The notes beneath the pieces were generated by a model, which worked only from the letters and a program-made list of their open reading frames with translations, was not told the origin of the DNA and did not search any database. Of a stretch of DNA of 64,000 nucleotides, positions 1 to 17,103 are shown piece by piece; position 1 is the stretch's first letter; each line of letters opens with the position of its first letter. Made by a program: the position numbers and the translations under genes. The stretch comes from the human T2T-CHM13v2.0 reference genome, Homo sapiens. The DNA is taken from assembly GCF_009914755.1 (NCBI RefSeq), contig NC_060938.1; one strand, given 5' to 3'.

Positions 1-59
1 TGCATTTTACTGTATGTAAATTATGCCTTAATACAGTTGACAAAAATAACAAAAAATCA

Positions 60-3000
60 AAATTAATATGTAGCTATTTTTGAAGTTAATTTTTTGGAAA
101 TCTGCATACAGAAAATGTACAAAGCACACGTACATAGCTTGATGAATTTTAATTTTAGCATTCTGGTAGATGTGGAATAGTATCTCATTGTGGTCAATTT
201 GTATTTCCCTGATGACAACTCACATTGAGCATCTTTTTTATGTGCTTATTGGCCATCTGAATTTTTTTTTGTGAAATGCCTGTTTAAGTCTTTTTCTCAT
301 TTTAAAATTTGGTTGGTTATATTTTTTCCTTACAGATTTGTGTGAATTCTTCATCTACTCTGGATATAAGTCTCTTTGTCAGAGATGAGTTTTGCAAATA
401 TATTCTTCCAATCTGTGGTTGCTTTTTTACTCTCTTATGGGTGTCTTTTGATGAACAGAAGCTCTTATTTTTAATGCCAATTTATCAATATTTTTCTTTA
501 CGTGAGTGCTTCCTATGACCCATTTAAGACATCTTTGCTTACCCAAAGATAATTGAAATATTCCTCTATGTTTTCTTGAAAGAGCTTCACTTTTTACCTT
601 CCACATTTAGTTTTTCAACCTGGAAATAATTTCTGTGAATGAATATCCAATTGACCCAGTTCCATATATTGAAAAGGCAACTGTTTCCCACTTCACTGCA
701 GGGACACAATTATGATAAATCAAATAACCCTATGTGTGTGGGTCTGTTTCTCTATTCTGTTCCATTAATCTAGTTCTCTGTCTTTGCACCAACACCATAC
801 TGTTTGAATGAGAGCTTTATACATTCTTACCATTTGCTATAAGTCCTCAAGTTTTATTTTTCTACTTCAAGATTACCTGTTTTTTATTGAGTCTTTGCAT
901 TTCCATATAAATTTTAGAATCAACTTGTTAATTTCTCTAAAAAACTGCTGGGGATCTGAGTAGGATTACATTGAATATATAGATCAATTCATGTACAATT
1001 TATCTCTTTACAATATTGAGTCTTATAATTCATGAACATTGTATATCCCTTCACTTATTTGGGTTTTATTTTCTCTCAGTAACTTTTCATAATTTTTATG
1101 TAAGTGTTTTTGTGCATCTTTTATTATATATATATTTTTTCAGGTATGAGATTTCTAAAATGCTATTGTAAATTGTATATTTTTTTAAATTATATTTTCT
1201 AATTGGTTCTGGTATGTAAGGGTATAATTCATTTTTGTGTTTTAACTTATATCCAGGGCTTTTACTAAGTTCACTTATTAATTCTAATCATTTATTTATT
1301 TTTTACAAATTTTCCACATAGATAATTATGCTGCCTGCAAATAGTGACTATTTTATTTCCTCATTTCTAATTCTTAAACTTTTAATTTCTTTTCTTTGCC
1401 TAACTGCTCTGGCTAGCATCCCAGCACAATGTTCAACAGAAGTGATATCTGTGGACATTTTTGTCTCATTCTCAACTTCATGGGTAGGAGAAAAGAAGGC
1501 TTTTAATAATTTACAGTTATTGCGAAAGTGAGGTTTATTGTGGGTTTTTCATAAATAGCCTTTTTTAAAATAATGAAGTTCTAATTTATTCTTAGTTTGC
1601 TAAGAGTTGTTTTAAAATCATGGGTAATAAATTTTATCAAAAATTTTTTCTGCATCTGTTAAAATGACTGTATGTTTCTGTCTTTTCTGCAAATATAGTG
1701 AATTATATTGATTTTTGAATGATAAAAAAAACCTTGATTTCCTATAATAACTCTAAGTAGTTGTGATGTATTTTCCTTTTTATATAACTCTGGGTTTGAT
1801 TGGCCTATATTTCATTTTTATACAACTCTAGGTTTGATTGGCTAGCATTTATATTTGTGAGGGATATGGACCTATATTTTTCCTTTTCTATAATTTCCTT
1901 ATCATATTTTATATCTGATTATGCTGACCAGATTATATTCCCCACAAATAACAAGCTGGGAAGTGTTCTCTCTTTTTCTATTCTCTGGAAGTTTGGGTAC
2001 AATAGGTGCCATTTTTTTCCCTAAATGTTTGGAAGCATTCGCCAATGAAGCCATCTGAGATGTAAATTACAGATTTAAATATTTTAATATATAAAGATAA
2101 CTATTCATATTTTCTGTTTTTTCATATGTCCATTTTAAGATTTTTAAAGAAATTTGTTCATTTCATTAATATTTTTAACTATACCCACACAAAGTTATGA
2201 TAGTCTCTTATCTTTTTTTTAAGTTTGTAGGCTCTGCAACCGTGTTTCTCTTTTCATTCCTGTTTATTAGTCTTTTCTGAGAACCGATTTTCAGCTTGTT
2301 GTTTTCCTCTTATATACATTTATTTTCTATTTAAATAATTTCTACTCTAATATCCATTATTTCCTTTTCTTCCCTTTCAATATATTGAATATATCAATAT
2401 ATATTCAATATAATTGAATATAATATTCAATATAATTGAATATAATATTCAATATAATTGAATATTATATTCAATGTAATTGAATATTATATTCAATATA
2501 ATTGAATATTATATTCAATATTCTTTTAGACTTATCCATATATAGGCCCTTTTCATTTTTCATAATTATTTCCTGTATTTTTATGTTCACATATGGGATC
2601 ATTTTTGTCTTGCCTGAGAAGAGCTATCTTTAGTGTTCCTTTTAATGTGGGTCCAGCCACAATGGAATATTTATTTTTGTTTCTCTGAAAATGTAATTAC
2701 GTTACTTTTACTTTTGAAGTATATTTTCACTGAGTATTCCAGGTTGGCTTTCTTTTCTTTAAGCACTTTAAAGATGCCATTTCTTGCCTTCTGGTTTCCA
2801 TCATTTATGTTCAGAAGTCAGCTGTCAGACTTCTTGTTGCTCCTTTTAGGGAGATGTATTTTTTTTATTTTTACTATGACTGCTTTTAAAATTCCTTTGT
2901 CTTTAATTTTCAGAAGTTTTACTAGGATGTGCTTGGATGTGATTTCTTCTGTATTTATCCTTCTTGGGGTTTGCAGTGCTTCTTGAATATTTGGTTTGAT

Positions 3001-3480
3001 GTCATTTGTCAATTTTGAAAATTCCAGGTCTTTGTTTTTTTATTGCTTCCATGAATTATGGCTCTTCTCCACTTCTAGGACTCCAGAGACACATGTTTGA
3101 GAACATTTCACCATTTCTCGTGCACCTTTGCTCTCTTTTTATATTTTGCATGTTTTTTCTTTGTGTTTTAGTCTGATTTTTTTTCCAACTGATCTATCTA
3201 CCCGTAAAATAATCCTTTCTTCATTTTTGTCTATTATGCTATTAAATCCAGGTATCGAATTCTTAATTCGTTATTGTATTATTCAATGGTAGAATTAATA
3301 AATTCCAATTCTGAGATGAACTTCTCCATCTTGTCAGTTATTTTCTGGAAGATTTTCATTATATTTATTTAAAAGTTCATGCCTAATAATGCAAATATCT
3401 CTGTCATCAGTAGCTCTGTTTCTATTGGCTTTGTCCTCTTTTGTATGCCAGGAGAATTTATTGAACACCAGATTTGCATA
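60..3480 (-). mobile_element. Old, degraded L1 (L1M-type) LINE, antisense
   Basis: AT-rich; classic antisense ORF2 text such as GTATCTCATTGTGGT...TTGAGCATCTTTTTTATGTGCTTATTGGCCATCTG (180-260) and GGATTACATTGAATATATAGATCAATT (963-990). Confidence 0.85.
2401..2520. repeat. 22-bp AT-rich palindromic minisatellite (~5.5 copies)
   Basis: Unit ATATTCAAT-ATA-ATTGAATAT-(A/T) starting at 2401, 2423, 2445, 2467, 2489 and partially at 2511. Confidence 0.95.
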
Positions 3481-3847
3481 AGAACAGTCATAGAGGGAGT
3501 GATCAAATGTTATCTCCCTCGAGAAAGGGTTCACTCTTTCCTCTGGAAGGCAGGTAGAGCAGGGCAGACCACCTCAGTGCCATCAAGGATTAAGATGATT
3601 CAAAGTGGGTTTAGACTTATTAAGGCTTGGCCTACCCTTGATGTTCCTTCCTCTTAGGGTGTAGTCTTCTAAAGTTTCTAAGAGGGAGCTTGAGATATTT
3701 TCAAGCTCCGTCTTCAATGTTCAGCTGTTTTGAAAGCTCTTCGATACCTTCCAGCAGTTTTGGGTTTCATCCATCTTTTCTGTTTATTCTTGGTGGAAAC
3801 ATTGGTGGAATACAAGCTACTCTATTATAGTGAGAAGCAGACTATAA

Positions 3848-4164
<317 letters not shown>

Positions 4165-4690
4165 CAATATTCTTTTTTAGAATCTCTAGAACTGTTGTTT
4201 AGGTTCTGAGCCAGGATTAGAATTCATACATTTTCTGAACAATATTTATTGAATTTCTACTATGCTTCAGACATTGTTTAGGGGCTGGGGATATAGTAAT
4301 AAATAAAAAGCAAAAATGTGGTGTTTATATTTCAGTGGGAGAGATAGACAATTAGCAAAATAACTAAGTAAAATATATAGTGTGTGACAAAATGAAAAGT
4401 GTTAGGGAAAATAAGAAAGAGAAATAGAAATGTTTAGGGGAATGAGTTATAATTTTGCATAGGATATGCAGGAAAAGTCTCACTGGGAAGGTCTCGTATG
4501 CATGAAGGCCTGATGGATGTGAGTGAACAAGTTATGTGGGTATCTGGGGAAGAACATTCTAGGCACAGGGAACAGTAAATGCAAAAGCCACGAGGCAGGG
4601 GCACAGCCAGTGAGTTGAAGGAAGAACAAGGAGGCCAGTGTGGCTGCAGCAGGTAAATGATGAGAGCATGGTAGAAGATAGGTCAGAGAG

Positions 4691-5013
<323 letters not shown>

Positions 5014-6028
5014 GTCAGAGAGGAAATGGGGACAATATATGGAGGACCTTGGAGCTCCCTGAAAGGACTTTAGCTTTTAGTCTACATGAGATGCGAAGCC
5101 CTGGAAGGGTTTGAAGCATAGCAGTGACGTGACCAACTTCCAATTTAGCAGGTTCATTCTGGTCACTGTATGGTGACTAGAAAGAGGGAGGACAATGGCA
5201 GAAGCAAGGGGCCCCGTTAGAAGGCAGTAATCTAGGTAGGGAAGAGCTTGTACCGGGGTGTAAAAGAAGAAGTGCTAGGATTGCATATGGGGTGAGAATG
5301 AGGAGAGTCAAAGATACTCCAAGGGTTTTGGCCTGAGCAATTGGAAGACTGAAAAACCGTTGACTAAGATGAGAACAGCAGGTTTCCAGGAAGCAGGAAT
5401 GGGGATAGCAGAAGCTAAAACTTGGACATAATTTGAAATGTTTATTAGACATTCGAGTGGAATCAGATGACTGGATATAAAAATATGATATTTGAGGAAG
5501 AGAACTGGGCTGGGAATGTAACTTTAGGAGCCTCAGCCAATAGCAAGGATTTAAAGCTACAATCCCTGAGGAGATGGCCAGGAGAATACATGTAGGTAGA
5601 GAAGAGGTAAGGCTCAGGACTGATCTCCAGGCTTTTGCAGCTCTTAGAGGTTCAGGAGATAAGGAGAAACCAGCAAAGGAGATTAGGAAGCAGCCTCCAG
5701 AGCTGGAGCAGGAGAATGAGAAGAGTGTGATACCCAGGAGGGAGTGATCAGCTATGGCAAGTGTGTTGCAGAGAGGCCCAATTAGGTTAGGATGGGGAAC
5801 TGACCACTGGAATTAGTGATGTGGAGGCCATGGGTGATTCTGATAACAGCTGTTTGGTGTCGTGGTAGGAAGGAAAGCCTGTTATGTACAGGAGGTTGTC
5901 AGGAGAGAAATTGGAGACAGTGAGTATGGTCAACTCTTCCAAGAAGTTTTGCAATAAAGTAGACAAAGAAGAGGGGGTAGAAACTGCATTGGAAAGAGAG
6001 GTCAGAACTTTATAAAACTGGAGAAATA

Positions 6029-6680
<652 letters not shown>

Positions 6681-7735
6681 AAAACTGGGGAAATAACAGC
6701 ATGTTTGCTATGATGTTTGAGATGGTATGAGAAGGGAGAAATCAGTGATGCAGAGAGAAAGGGAGAATTACTTGAGCAATGACTTTGGTTGGGCAAAGGG
6801 TACCAGGGGATCCAGTGCACACGTAGGGGTTGTCTCAACCAGGCACATAAACAATTCAACAGTAGCCACACAGTGTGAGCCAAAGGCAGCTTTAGACCAC
6901 ACATTTCCAAGAAGAGGCTAAGGTTTCTGACCTGTCCATCTTATGACTTTATATTTTTCCTGTACTTCACAGTTAGAGAGTTGGCTTCTCTAACAAAGAC
7001 TCAGCCAAAGGGGGAAAAACGTGCCAAGAGAAGGGGGCACCTTCAGAAACAGAAGAAGCAGGTTCCTTCTCTCCTGCCCTTGCGTTTGGTCCAGGCTGTT
7101 TTCTGGGAACTACAATACAAGGCAGCTTGAGGGGAGACAAAGATCTGTGGGTATAACTCAGCCCTGAAGGTCAGGCTGGCGCTTGAGCTCACTGCAGGGA
7201 GCGAACCCCCATCTCTGCCTTAGTTGAGGGTGTTATTATCCACCAGGGTCCCAAGCCTGAAATCTCACAGCTGAGATGTTCGAGGAGTTTGAAGAGAATG
7301 AGGATTAGCTACTTCCCTACAACCTCTTATAATCATGTTATAAAAGGAGCAAGTCACAGACCAAACTATGTCCTCGTAGAGAAATTTATGAACTAACTTT
7401 CTACTGGTAGGCAAGCACAAAAACAGTCACACAACGTGTTTTGGAGGCTCAGAGAAGTCCCGCCTTTCTGCCCTTTTAGGTACTCCAAGTGCTCTTTGCT
7501 TGGAGGGTCCATTCAGGCAAACACCAAGATTCCAGAGGTGGGATTCTTAGTACCGTATAGCCCACTGGTAACCAGAATTTTCCAGAATCCACTGCTGGCT
7601 GGTTATTGAACCATGTTGGGTTCTGGCTCTGAGCCTCACCCAGTGAGTAAAGCCCACAGATCCCACTGGATTCTTACACTCTGAGCGTGCAAGGGAGAGA
7701 GAATATCTCCACAACATTTTAGCTAGCCCAGGTAT

Positions 7736-8120
7736 TGTCTTAGTTAGGTTTCTCCATAAGCAGACTCTAAGACAAACCCTTCGGTACAGATGTTCTATGT
7801 GGGAAATGATTTCAGAAAGGACAGTGAGGAGGTAGGAAAAGTAAAACCGGGGAGAGAGAAAAGACAGCAAAATGTGTGCTAAGGAGCATGTTACTGCTGT
7901 GGGCAGCTGGGCCTGAGGGTAGAGCAAACTTTGGAGTCTTTTCACCAAAGGACCGGGAGCCTGGGGCATTGCACTAATGACCCACATGCCCATTGGCTGA
8001 GGATTCCCCCGGCGGCATTCACCCTCCTGGTGGTACCTGCTTTGGGCAGAGCAAGCTCCAGTAGCGGCAGAGAAAACGCGCAGAAAAGAGAAGAGACACC
8101 GGTGTGGGGGGACATGGTTA
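7736..8120. mobile_element. Old ERVL/MaLR-type LTR fragment
   Basis: Begins TGTCTTAGTTAGGTTTCTCCATAAGCAGACTCTAAGACAA, typical of old MLT/LTR16-like LTRs. Confidence 0.6.
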
Positions 8121-8127
8121 GGCAGTC

Positions 8128-8335
<208 letters not shown>

Positions 8336-8789
8336 CCTTTAAAGAAAGAAAATCTCACATGAGAACTCCCCTCAGTGATAGTTCACAGACCGCTACCCAT
8401 CAAAATCAGTCTCTGACTTTCACCATGCTGCTTAACCATGTGTTGTTCATGGATCTAGACACAAATAGGAGGCGCCCCGACCACGGGCCTCCCCACTAAT
8501 TACCAACCCTGGCCCTGCACTATGCATTCCTGATGGGAGTCCCGGCAGCCCCTGGGTTACAGCTTAACCTGCATGGCACACACAGAACATCACGCTTACA
8601 TGCTGAGCTGTGTTGAGGTAAATTATAGACACACAAATAGGTGGGTTGTTAGGTAAGGCTGCTCTGAGGGAACCATGAGCCTGAGCTCTGAATGAGAAGG
8701 AACCTGCCAGGCAAGGTCCAGGCAAGGTGGAGCATCTGAGGCCCAGGGACTAGTTCCTGCCACTTCCTCCCCCTCCCATTCCTTCTCTG

Positions 8790-9125
8790 TCCATCCCCAG
8801 GGCCTTTTATGCTTTTAAAATAACTACTTGGAAAATGCTCTTACCCATCTCTATGCCTGGCAATCTCCTCTACACTCTCAAAGCCCAGCTCAAATACCCC
8901 ACCTCCTCATACATTCTATTCCAACAACTCCAGTCAAACACCCCACCACCCAAGGCATTTGGTCCTACCTGTGCCTTAGCATTTACTGTGCTGTATATAT
9001 TTTGCCTTTTATGTATTTGCCTTCTTAAGAACAGTGAGAGTGGTTTATTCATCTCTGTATCCCTGGTCCTTAGCTCAATGCCTGGCTCACAGCAGATGCT
9101 CAATAAACACTTATTCAATGAATGG
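8790..9125 (+). mobile_element. L2 3' fragment
   Basis: Ends TGCCTGGCTCACAGCAGATGCTCAATAAACACTTATTCAATGAATG. Confidence 0.75.
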
Positions 9126-9874
9126 TATCTGTGAGGTGGTCAAGGAAGGGGATTTCTCAGGAGAAAGGGCCAGGGCTCACTCTTCTTCCTGAATCACCTT
9201 CTATTAATACCAAGTCGTCACACTCCCAGCCCAAAGCCTCCTCCCAGAAATACAAGGAAGGGAACTGCTAATATCTGAAAGGGAGAGACTTCATTCTCCA
9301 TGCTGAGCACAAAGGCAGGGCTTGTGAGCTATGCTGTGGGGGAGGTTCTGCCTTCTCCCACTCCCTGGTTTAATGTGTAACTTGTCACCTTCCCCGAATG
9401 TCAATTTCTTCTATTTGCCTGTAACATTTTCACCTTGCTTGGTCGCCTTGGTTACAATGTGAAGTTTCAGGCCCAGGTCAGACCTGCCACCAGCCTACCC
9501 ACCTCTGGATCCATAGTGACTGACAAAGGCTTTGACACCCTGGTCTCTGGCCCTAGGATTCTGACCCAGAGTTCCCAAATCTGCCAAACACTCTCCGAAT
9601 CACCCCCAACCCAGGGTCAGCTGGTGGCTGAGCTCTTAGGAGCCTCAGTTACTCCTGGAGGTCATGAGCCTGCCCTGTGCCTCCCACAGAGCCCTGCACC
9701 TTGGTAAGGCTCAATACATATTTGTGGAATTCAATGGAATTATTCTCCCTTGTTTGCTACAGTCCCTTCATTTGAAGATTCTATTTCTGCCTCCTAGAAG
9801 AGTTCACACTAACCTACAAGCTCTCCCTTCTTCCCTTTTCCCTTTTCCCTCCCTCCTTTCCTTCTTTCCTTTAA

Positions 9875-10230
<356 letters not shown>

Positions 10231-10472
10231 TGACTAAGACCTTCCAGGCATCTCTTCTATGGAGATGACCTTACGGTACAGGACACATCAGCAAACCACA
10301 AGGTGACCTCACACAGTGGGAGATGCCATAAGGAAAAAACAGAGGCCCCGCCAGAGAGGAAAGGAGAGGGGTCTGCTCTGGAGAGGGCAGTTAGGGAGGG
10401 AGCTCTAGAGAAGGTGACAGAACACCAGAGGTGCAGTGCCAGTGTCTTAATGATGCAAAGCTTTTGTTTTAG

Positions 10473-10623
10473 TTTTTAAGATAAGGTCTTGTTCTGTCAC
10501 CTAAGCTGGAGTGCAATGGCACAATCTCGGCTCACACAGCCTCAACCTGCTGGCCTCAGGCAATCCTCCCACCTCAGCCTCCCAAAGTGCTGGGATTACA
10601 GGCATGAGCCACTGCGCTTGGCC
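10473..10623 (-). mobile_element. Alu monomer (FRAM-like or internally recombined Alu)
   Basis: Single ~150-bp arm: right-arm 3' end joined directly to CCTCCCAAAGTGCTGGGATTACAGG. Confidence 0.8.
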
Positions 10624-10949
10624 ACAAAGTCTTATTTCTGGGGGGAAAAAAAAAATCATAGCTAATGACGTAAGAATAACATTTGTTCATTCTGGTGGCA
10701 AGTACATGAGCATTACCTTTTGCGCTTTTCTGTATTAAAAGTGTTTCTGTATTTAAAATGTTTTCTGCATTATATTATCAAATTAAAAGCTTCTATTCAA
10801 CAAGTCACAATTTGTGACACTTCAGCCGTAGCTCCTACGAATGATGATTAGCCACCTTGGAGCATTATCACTAGACCCCTGAATGACTCTGGCCCCTTGT
10901 CTTGCAGCCACCCTTGATTTCCTCTTTTTCTCTTCCTGGCAGACTGTTA

Positions 10950-11260
10950 TTCATCCTTCAAAACCCAGCTCAAAGATTACCTTCCCAGTGAATCCTTCCT
11001 TTACCTCCTCTGAGTCAGTTGTTCCGTAATTGTAGTCACTCAGTACATTGTCTATATATTCCTAATAAATATATTCCTAGCATATTGTATCATTATTTAT
11101 TTGCGCATATATCTTTCCTTAGTCTGTAGCTTCTTCCAGGATATACTGTCTGAATCTTGTTGATCTCCTTACCTTCAGTTTCTAGCAGAGAGCACACAGT
11201 AGCACATCGTAGATTCTCTGTGATGATACTCCACGCTGCCTGTTGGATGTATGAATGAAT
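10950..11260 (+). mobile_element. L2 fragment
   Basis: TCATCCTTCAAAACCCAGCTCAAA...GAATGAATG. Confidence 0.6.
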
Positions 11261-11924
11261 GTTTAACCTTCAAACAACAAGCTTTCAAAAGTATATTAAT
11301 AGAAGATATTTGTATACAAGGGATATGCTAATTAAAATTAGTTTTATTTATTCATTCACCCAAACTCAGCAAGAACGCCATTTGGCTGCTATTAATGTTT
11401 AGTGTGATTTATTGTAAGTGCTAGAAATGTAAAAAATGTGTTTCTTTTGAAAGGAAAGCTACAGTTCCTTCTTGTTTTCCTTCATGCCTCCCCCATTTGT
11501 CTGAATTAGTAAGGCTTTACTTTTAGTTCAAGTCTTTTCCTCAGACTTGAAAGTTGCTTGTACGGTAATTTAATTACCTCTGAATCTACCGAAGGCAAAT
11601 ACCAAGCAATGTACGAGGTTAGATTATGGAGTTCCAAGTTATGTATTAAGTCAGCCTCATGTAGTCCTCGAGGCGGTAGATGGTGACTCCTTACCCCCAT
11701 TCCCGTGTGTCAGTGCTGGAAGGGAAGCCCAGTTAGAAAATTTGCATCCTTGAGTTAACCAACAGAAGGGCGGCAGAGTCCTTACATGCAAGCAAAGCAA
11801 ACCAAGACAGAGGGCTGTCTGCTCCTTCCAAAGCTCTAGGGTTCTCCCTGGAGAGGCACGGATTAATCACCATAAAACCAGAAGGCAGTTGCCACCATCA
11901 CTGAACAGATTGTGGGGGAAAACG

Positions 11925-12128
11925 TAGGTCTGGAGCTGGACTGACTTGGTTTCTATGCCAGCTCTGCCTCTTTCAAGGTGGAAATGCTACAGGACCTCCC
12001 ACTGCCTCAGTTTCTTAATCAGTAAGATGGGATGATAATGGTATCTCCACTTCAGGGGCTGCTGTGAGGATCAGATGAGTGAACATGTAAAGTGCTTAGA
12101 ACAGTGCCTGGCACATAACACGTGCTCA
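11925..12128 (+). mobile_element. MIR
   Basis: Core GCCTCAGTTTCTTAATCAGTAAGATGGGATGATAAT...AAAGTGCTTAGAACAGTGCCTGGCACATA. Confidence 0.85.
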
Positions 12129-12230
12129 GGTGCAAAAGAAGCTCCCCAAGAAACTCTCTCCTGCAGCCCAACTGATTCACAGACAAAGGACATCTTCATT
12201 GCTGACACTTGTCCCCTGGGTGTTTCCTCA

Positions 12231-12669
<439 letters not shown>

Positions 12670-12716
12670 GGGAAAATGGTGCCAACTTATTACAGAGAGA
12701 GAAATGGAATAACTGA

Positions 12717-13077
<361 letters not shown>

Positions 13078-13194
13078 GCATTTTAAGATTCATAACCTGT
13101 GGGGTCTCAGGGCTTTTCTACTGGTTTACATGCAGTTCATATTAATTGGCTCTGGGCCATATGTAGCACCATTTGCCATATGTAGCACCACACC

Positions 13195-13600
13195 TAGTTT
13201 ATCAGTTAGAATGCTTTGGGATGCAAGTAACAGAGAGACTATGAAAAGGAAATAGTGATTTAAGAAATAGAAACATGCATCGTCTTCTATAACAAGAAGT
13301 AGGTGATTCCAGGGTTGGTTTCTTGGCCCAGCGGGTCACCAGAGAGCCATGGTCCCACATATTTTCCATCCTTGTGCTCTGCTGTCCTCGGCATGTTGGC
13401 TTTTCCTCTGCAAGTTTCTTTTTTATGGTTGCACTATGGCTTCTGAGGCTCTTTCCCCTGCCCTGTCTCTCTTTCTATCATGGAGGAAAATATTGCCCAA
13501 ATGCCTTCCCCTTCCACCCCAGCAAACTCCCCCTTAAGTCTCATTGTTTGACTGGGACACATGGAAACCTCTAACTATAAGGGAAGCTGGGGAAACCCCT
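13195..13600 (-). mobile_element. MLT1-type MaLR LTR
   Basis: TCAGTTAGAATGCTTTGGGATGCAAGTAACAGA start typical of old MLT1. Confidence 0.65.
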
Positions 13601-14713
13601 GGTATTTTTAATGTCTACAGTAATTGGCCCAGCCAGCCAGGAAAACCGGAAGACTACAACGCAACCCATGATGTCTGCTGCACTTGCTCAAATGCCTCTT
13701 TTATCATTTCCATCTACGTTCTCTTCTCCAAAAGCCTCTTCCAACTCAAATATTAACTGGTGGCTGGTTCTTTTTCTCCTGGAAGAGGGTCTATCCCTTC
13801 CTAAGTCAGTTCTTTCTATGGGGCTGCTGCACGTACCTGCCCACATTGTGATCTGCCCCATTCTAGGAAATTCATACGCACTGCCATATGAATGGTGCTT
13901 CCTGGAGTTGTGCAGTGCACAACCTTCTCATCTGACACCCTGCAGACCATTTCTCACTCATCCTATGTTGATCTCTTACCCTGCTCTTCACCCATTTACT
14001 CTATGTTTCCTAATTCGTTGTCATTCATTCATTCAACAAACATTTATAGATCACCTAGTGAATGCCAGGAACTGGGATAGGCACTGGTTGGTAGAGGATG
14101 GTAAAAACAAGAAAAAAGCAAGTCCTCATTCTCCAGGAGCTACATCCCAGGGATGGAGACTGACGTGTGAACAAATCTTTACAGTACTGTGTGATATGTG
14201 TTCTAGGAGAGTGTGTCCCACAATCCTGTAGGAGTTCAGAGGGAGGAGTGGCTGAAGTAGGGAAAGGCTCCTAGAGGAGGTGACACTGGAGCTGGGTTTT
14301 GAAGGCCGATGGTGTATTTCAGGCAGAGGGATGAAAGAGAACACAGTGGTGCAAGGGAGACAGTACCATGTGCCGGGGGCGGCGAGAGATGTGACCAGGA
14401 ATATGAGTTAGATCTGAATTATGAAAAGCAAAGGACTTGGATTTTATCCCATGGAAAATGAAGAACCATTGGATATTTTTAAACAAGAAAATTAACAAGA
14501 CAAGGATGCCCACTCTCACCACTTGGCTCAACATAGTACTGGAAGTCCTAGCCAGAGCAGTTAGGCAAGTAAAAGAGACAAAAAGCATAGAAATCAGAAA
14601 GGAAGAAGCAAAGTTATCTCTGCAGATGACATAATATATACAGAAAAATCCTCCCAAATCTGTTAGAATTAATAAAGTTTCAAGATACAAGATTAACATA
14701 CAAAAATCAGTTG

Positions 14714-14949
<236 letters not shown>

Positions 14950-14964
<15 letters not shown>

Positions 14965-15246
14965 GACAGGGTCTTACTCTGTCATCCAGACTGGAGTGCA
15001 GTGGTGCAATCTTGGCTGACAGCAATCTCTGCCTCCCAGGCTCAAGCAATTCTCCTACTTCAGCCTCCCAAGTAGCTTGGGACCACAGGCGTATGCCACT
15101 ACATCTGTCTAATTTTTTGTAGTTTTTGTAGAGACAGGGCTTGGCTATGTTGCCCAAGCTGGTCTCAAACTCTGGGACTCAGGCTATCTGCCTTCCTTAG
15201 CCTCCCAAAATGCTAGAATTATAGACTGGAGCCGCCACACCTGGCT
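14950..15246 (-). mobile_element. Alu (AluJ-like)
   Basis: GACAGGGTCTTACTCTGTC...CCACACCTGGC; degenerate TSD AATCAGTTGC / AATTAGTTGC. Confidence 0.9.
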
Positions 15247-15400
15247 TAATTAGTTGCGATTCTATATCCTAACAACAAACTATCTGAAAAGGAAATTAAG
15301 AAAGCAATCACATTTACAATAGCTTCAAAAAGAATAAAATACTTAGGGATAAACTTAGCCAAGGAGGTGAAAGACCCGTGCACTAAAAAGTACAAATCAT

Positions 15401-15960
<560 letters not shown>

Positions 15961-16805
15961 AAGTACAAATCATTGATGAAACAAATTAAGGAAGACACGA
16001 ATACATGGAAATCCATCCTGTAGTCATGGATTGGAAGACTTAATATTGTTAAAAATATCCATATATCCATAGCTATCTACAGTATTGATGCAATCCCTAT
16101 CAAAAATCTCAATGGCATTTTTTACAGAAATAGAAGAAACAATCTAAAATTCATATGGTACCACAAAAGACCCCAAATAACTAAAGCAACCTTGAGCAAG
16201 AAGAACAAAACTGGAGGCATCACACTTCCTGATTTCAAAATATACTACAAATCTATAGAAATTAAAACAGTATGGTGTGGTACTGGCATAAAAACAGACA
16301 TATAAACCATGGTATAGCATAGAATAGATAGCCCAGAAATAAATGCATGTATGTATGGTCAACTCATCCTTAACAAGGGTCCAAAAATACATGTGGACAA
16401 GACAATCCTTTCAACAACTGGTGTTGAGAAAACTGGATTTGCATATGAAAAAGAATGAAATTGAATGCTTATCTTACACTATACTCAAAAATCAACTCAA
16501 CATCGATTAAAGATTTAAATGCAAGATCTGGAACTGTAAATCTCCAAAAGAAAACATAGGAGAAAAAATTGGCAATGATTTCTTGGATTTGACACCAAAA
16601 GCACAGGCAACAAAAGCAAAATTAGACACGTAGGATCATATCAAACTAAAAATCCATGCAGCGAAGTAAACAATCAACAGAGTGAAAAGGCAACCTGTAG
16701 AGTGGGAGAAACTATTTGCAGACCATATATCCGATAAGGGATTACTATCCAGAATACCCAAGAAACTCCTACAACTCAACAGCTGAAACAAGAACAAATA
16801 ACTTG

Positions 16806-17103
16806 TTTGATTGATTGATTGATTGATTTTTGAGACAGAGTTTCATTCTTGTCTCTCATGCTGGAGTGCAATGGATCACTGCAAACTCTGCCTCCTGGGT
16901 TCAAGAGATTCTCCTGCCTCAGCCTTCCAAGTAGGTGGGATTACAAGCATGAGCCACCACGCCCAGCTAATTTTTTGGTATTATTATTAGGAACGGGGTT
17001 TTACCATGCTGGCCAGGCTGGTCTCAAACTCCTGACCTTAGGTGATTCCCCACCTCCGCCTCACAAAGTGCTGGAATTACAGGCATGAGCCACCTTGCCC
17101 GCC
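16806..17103 (-). mobile_element. Alu (AluS) with (GATT)n tail
   Basis: TSD AATAACTTG at 16797 and 17104. Confidence 0.93.

Noticed and set aside
13611-14231. 206-aa ORF
   Set aside because: Ends in antisense L2 sequence; no homology or exon signals recognised.
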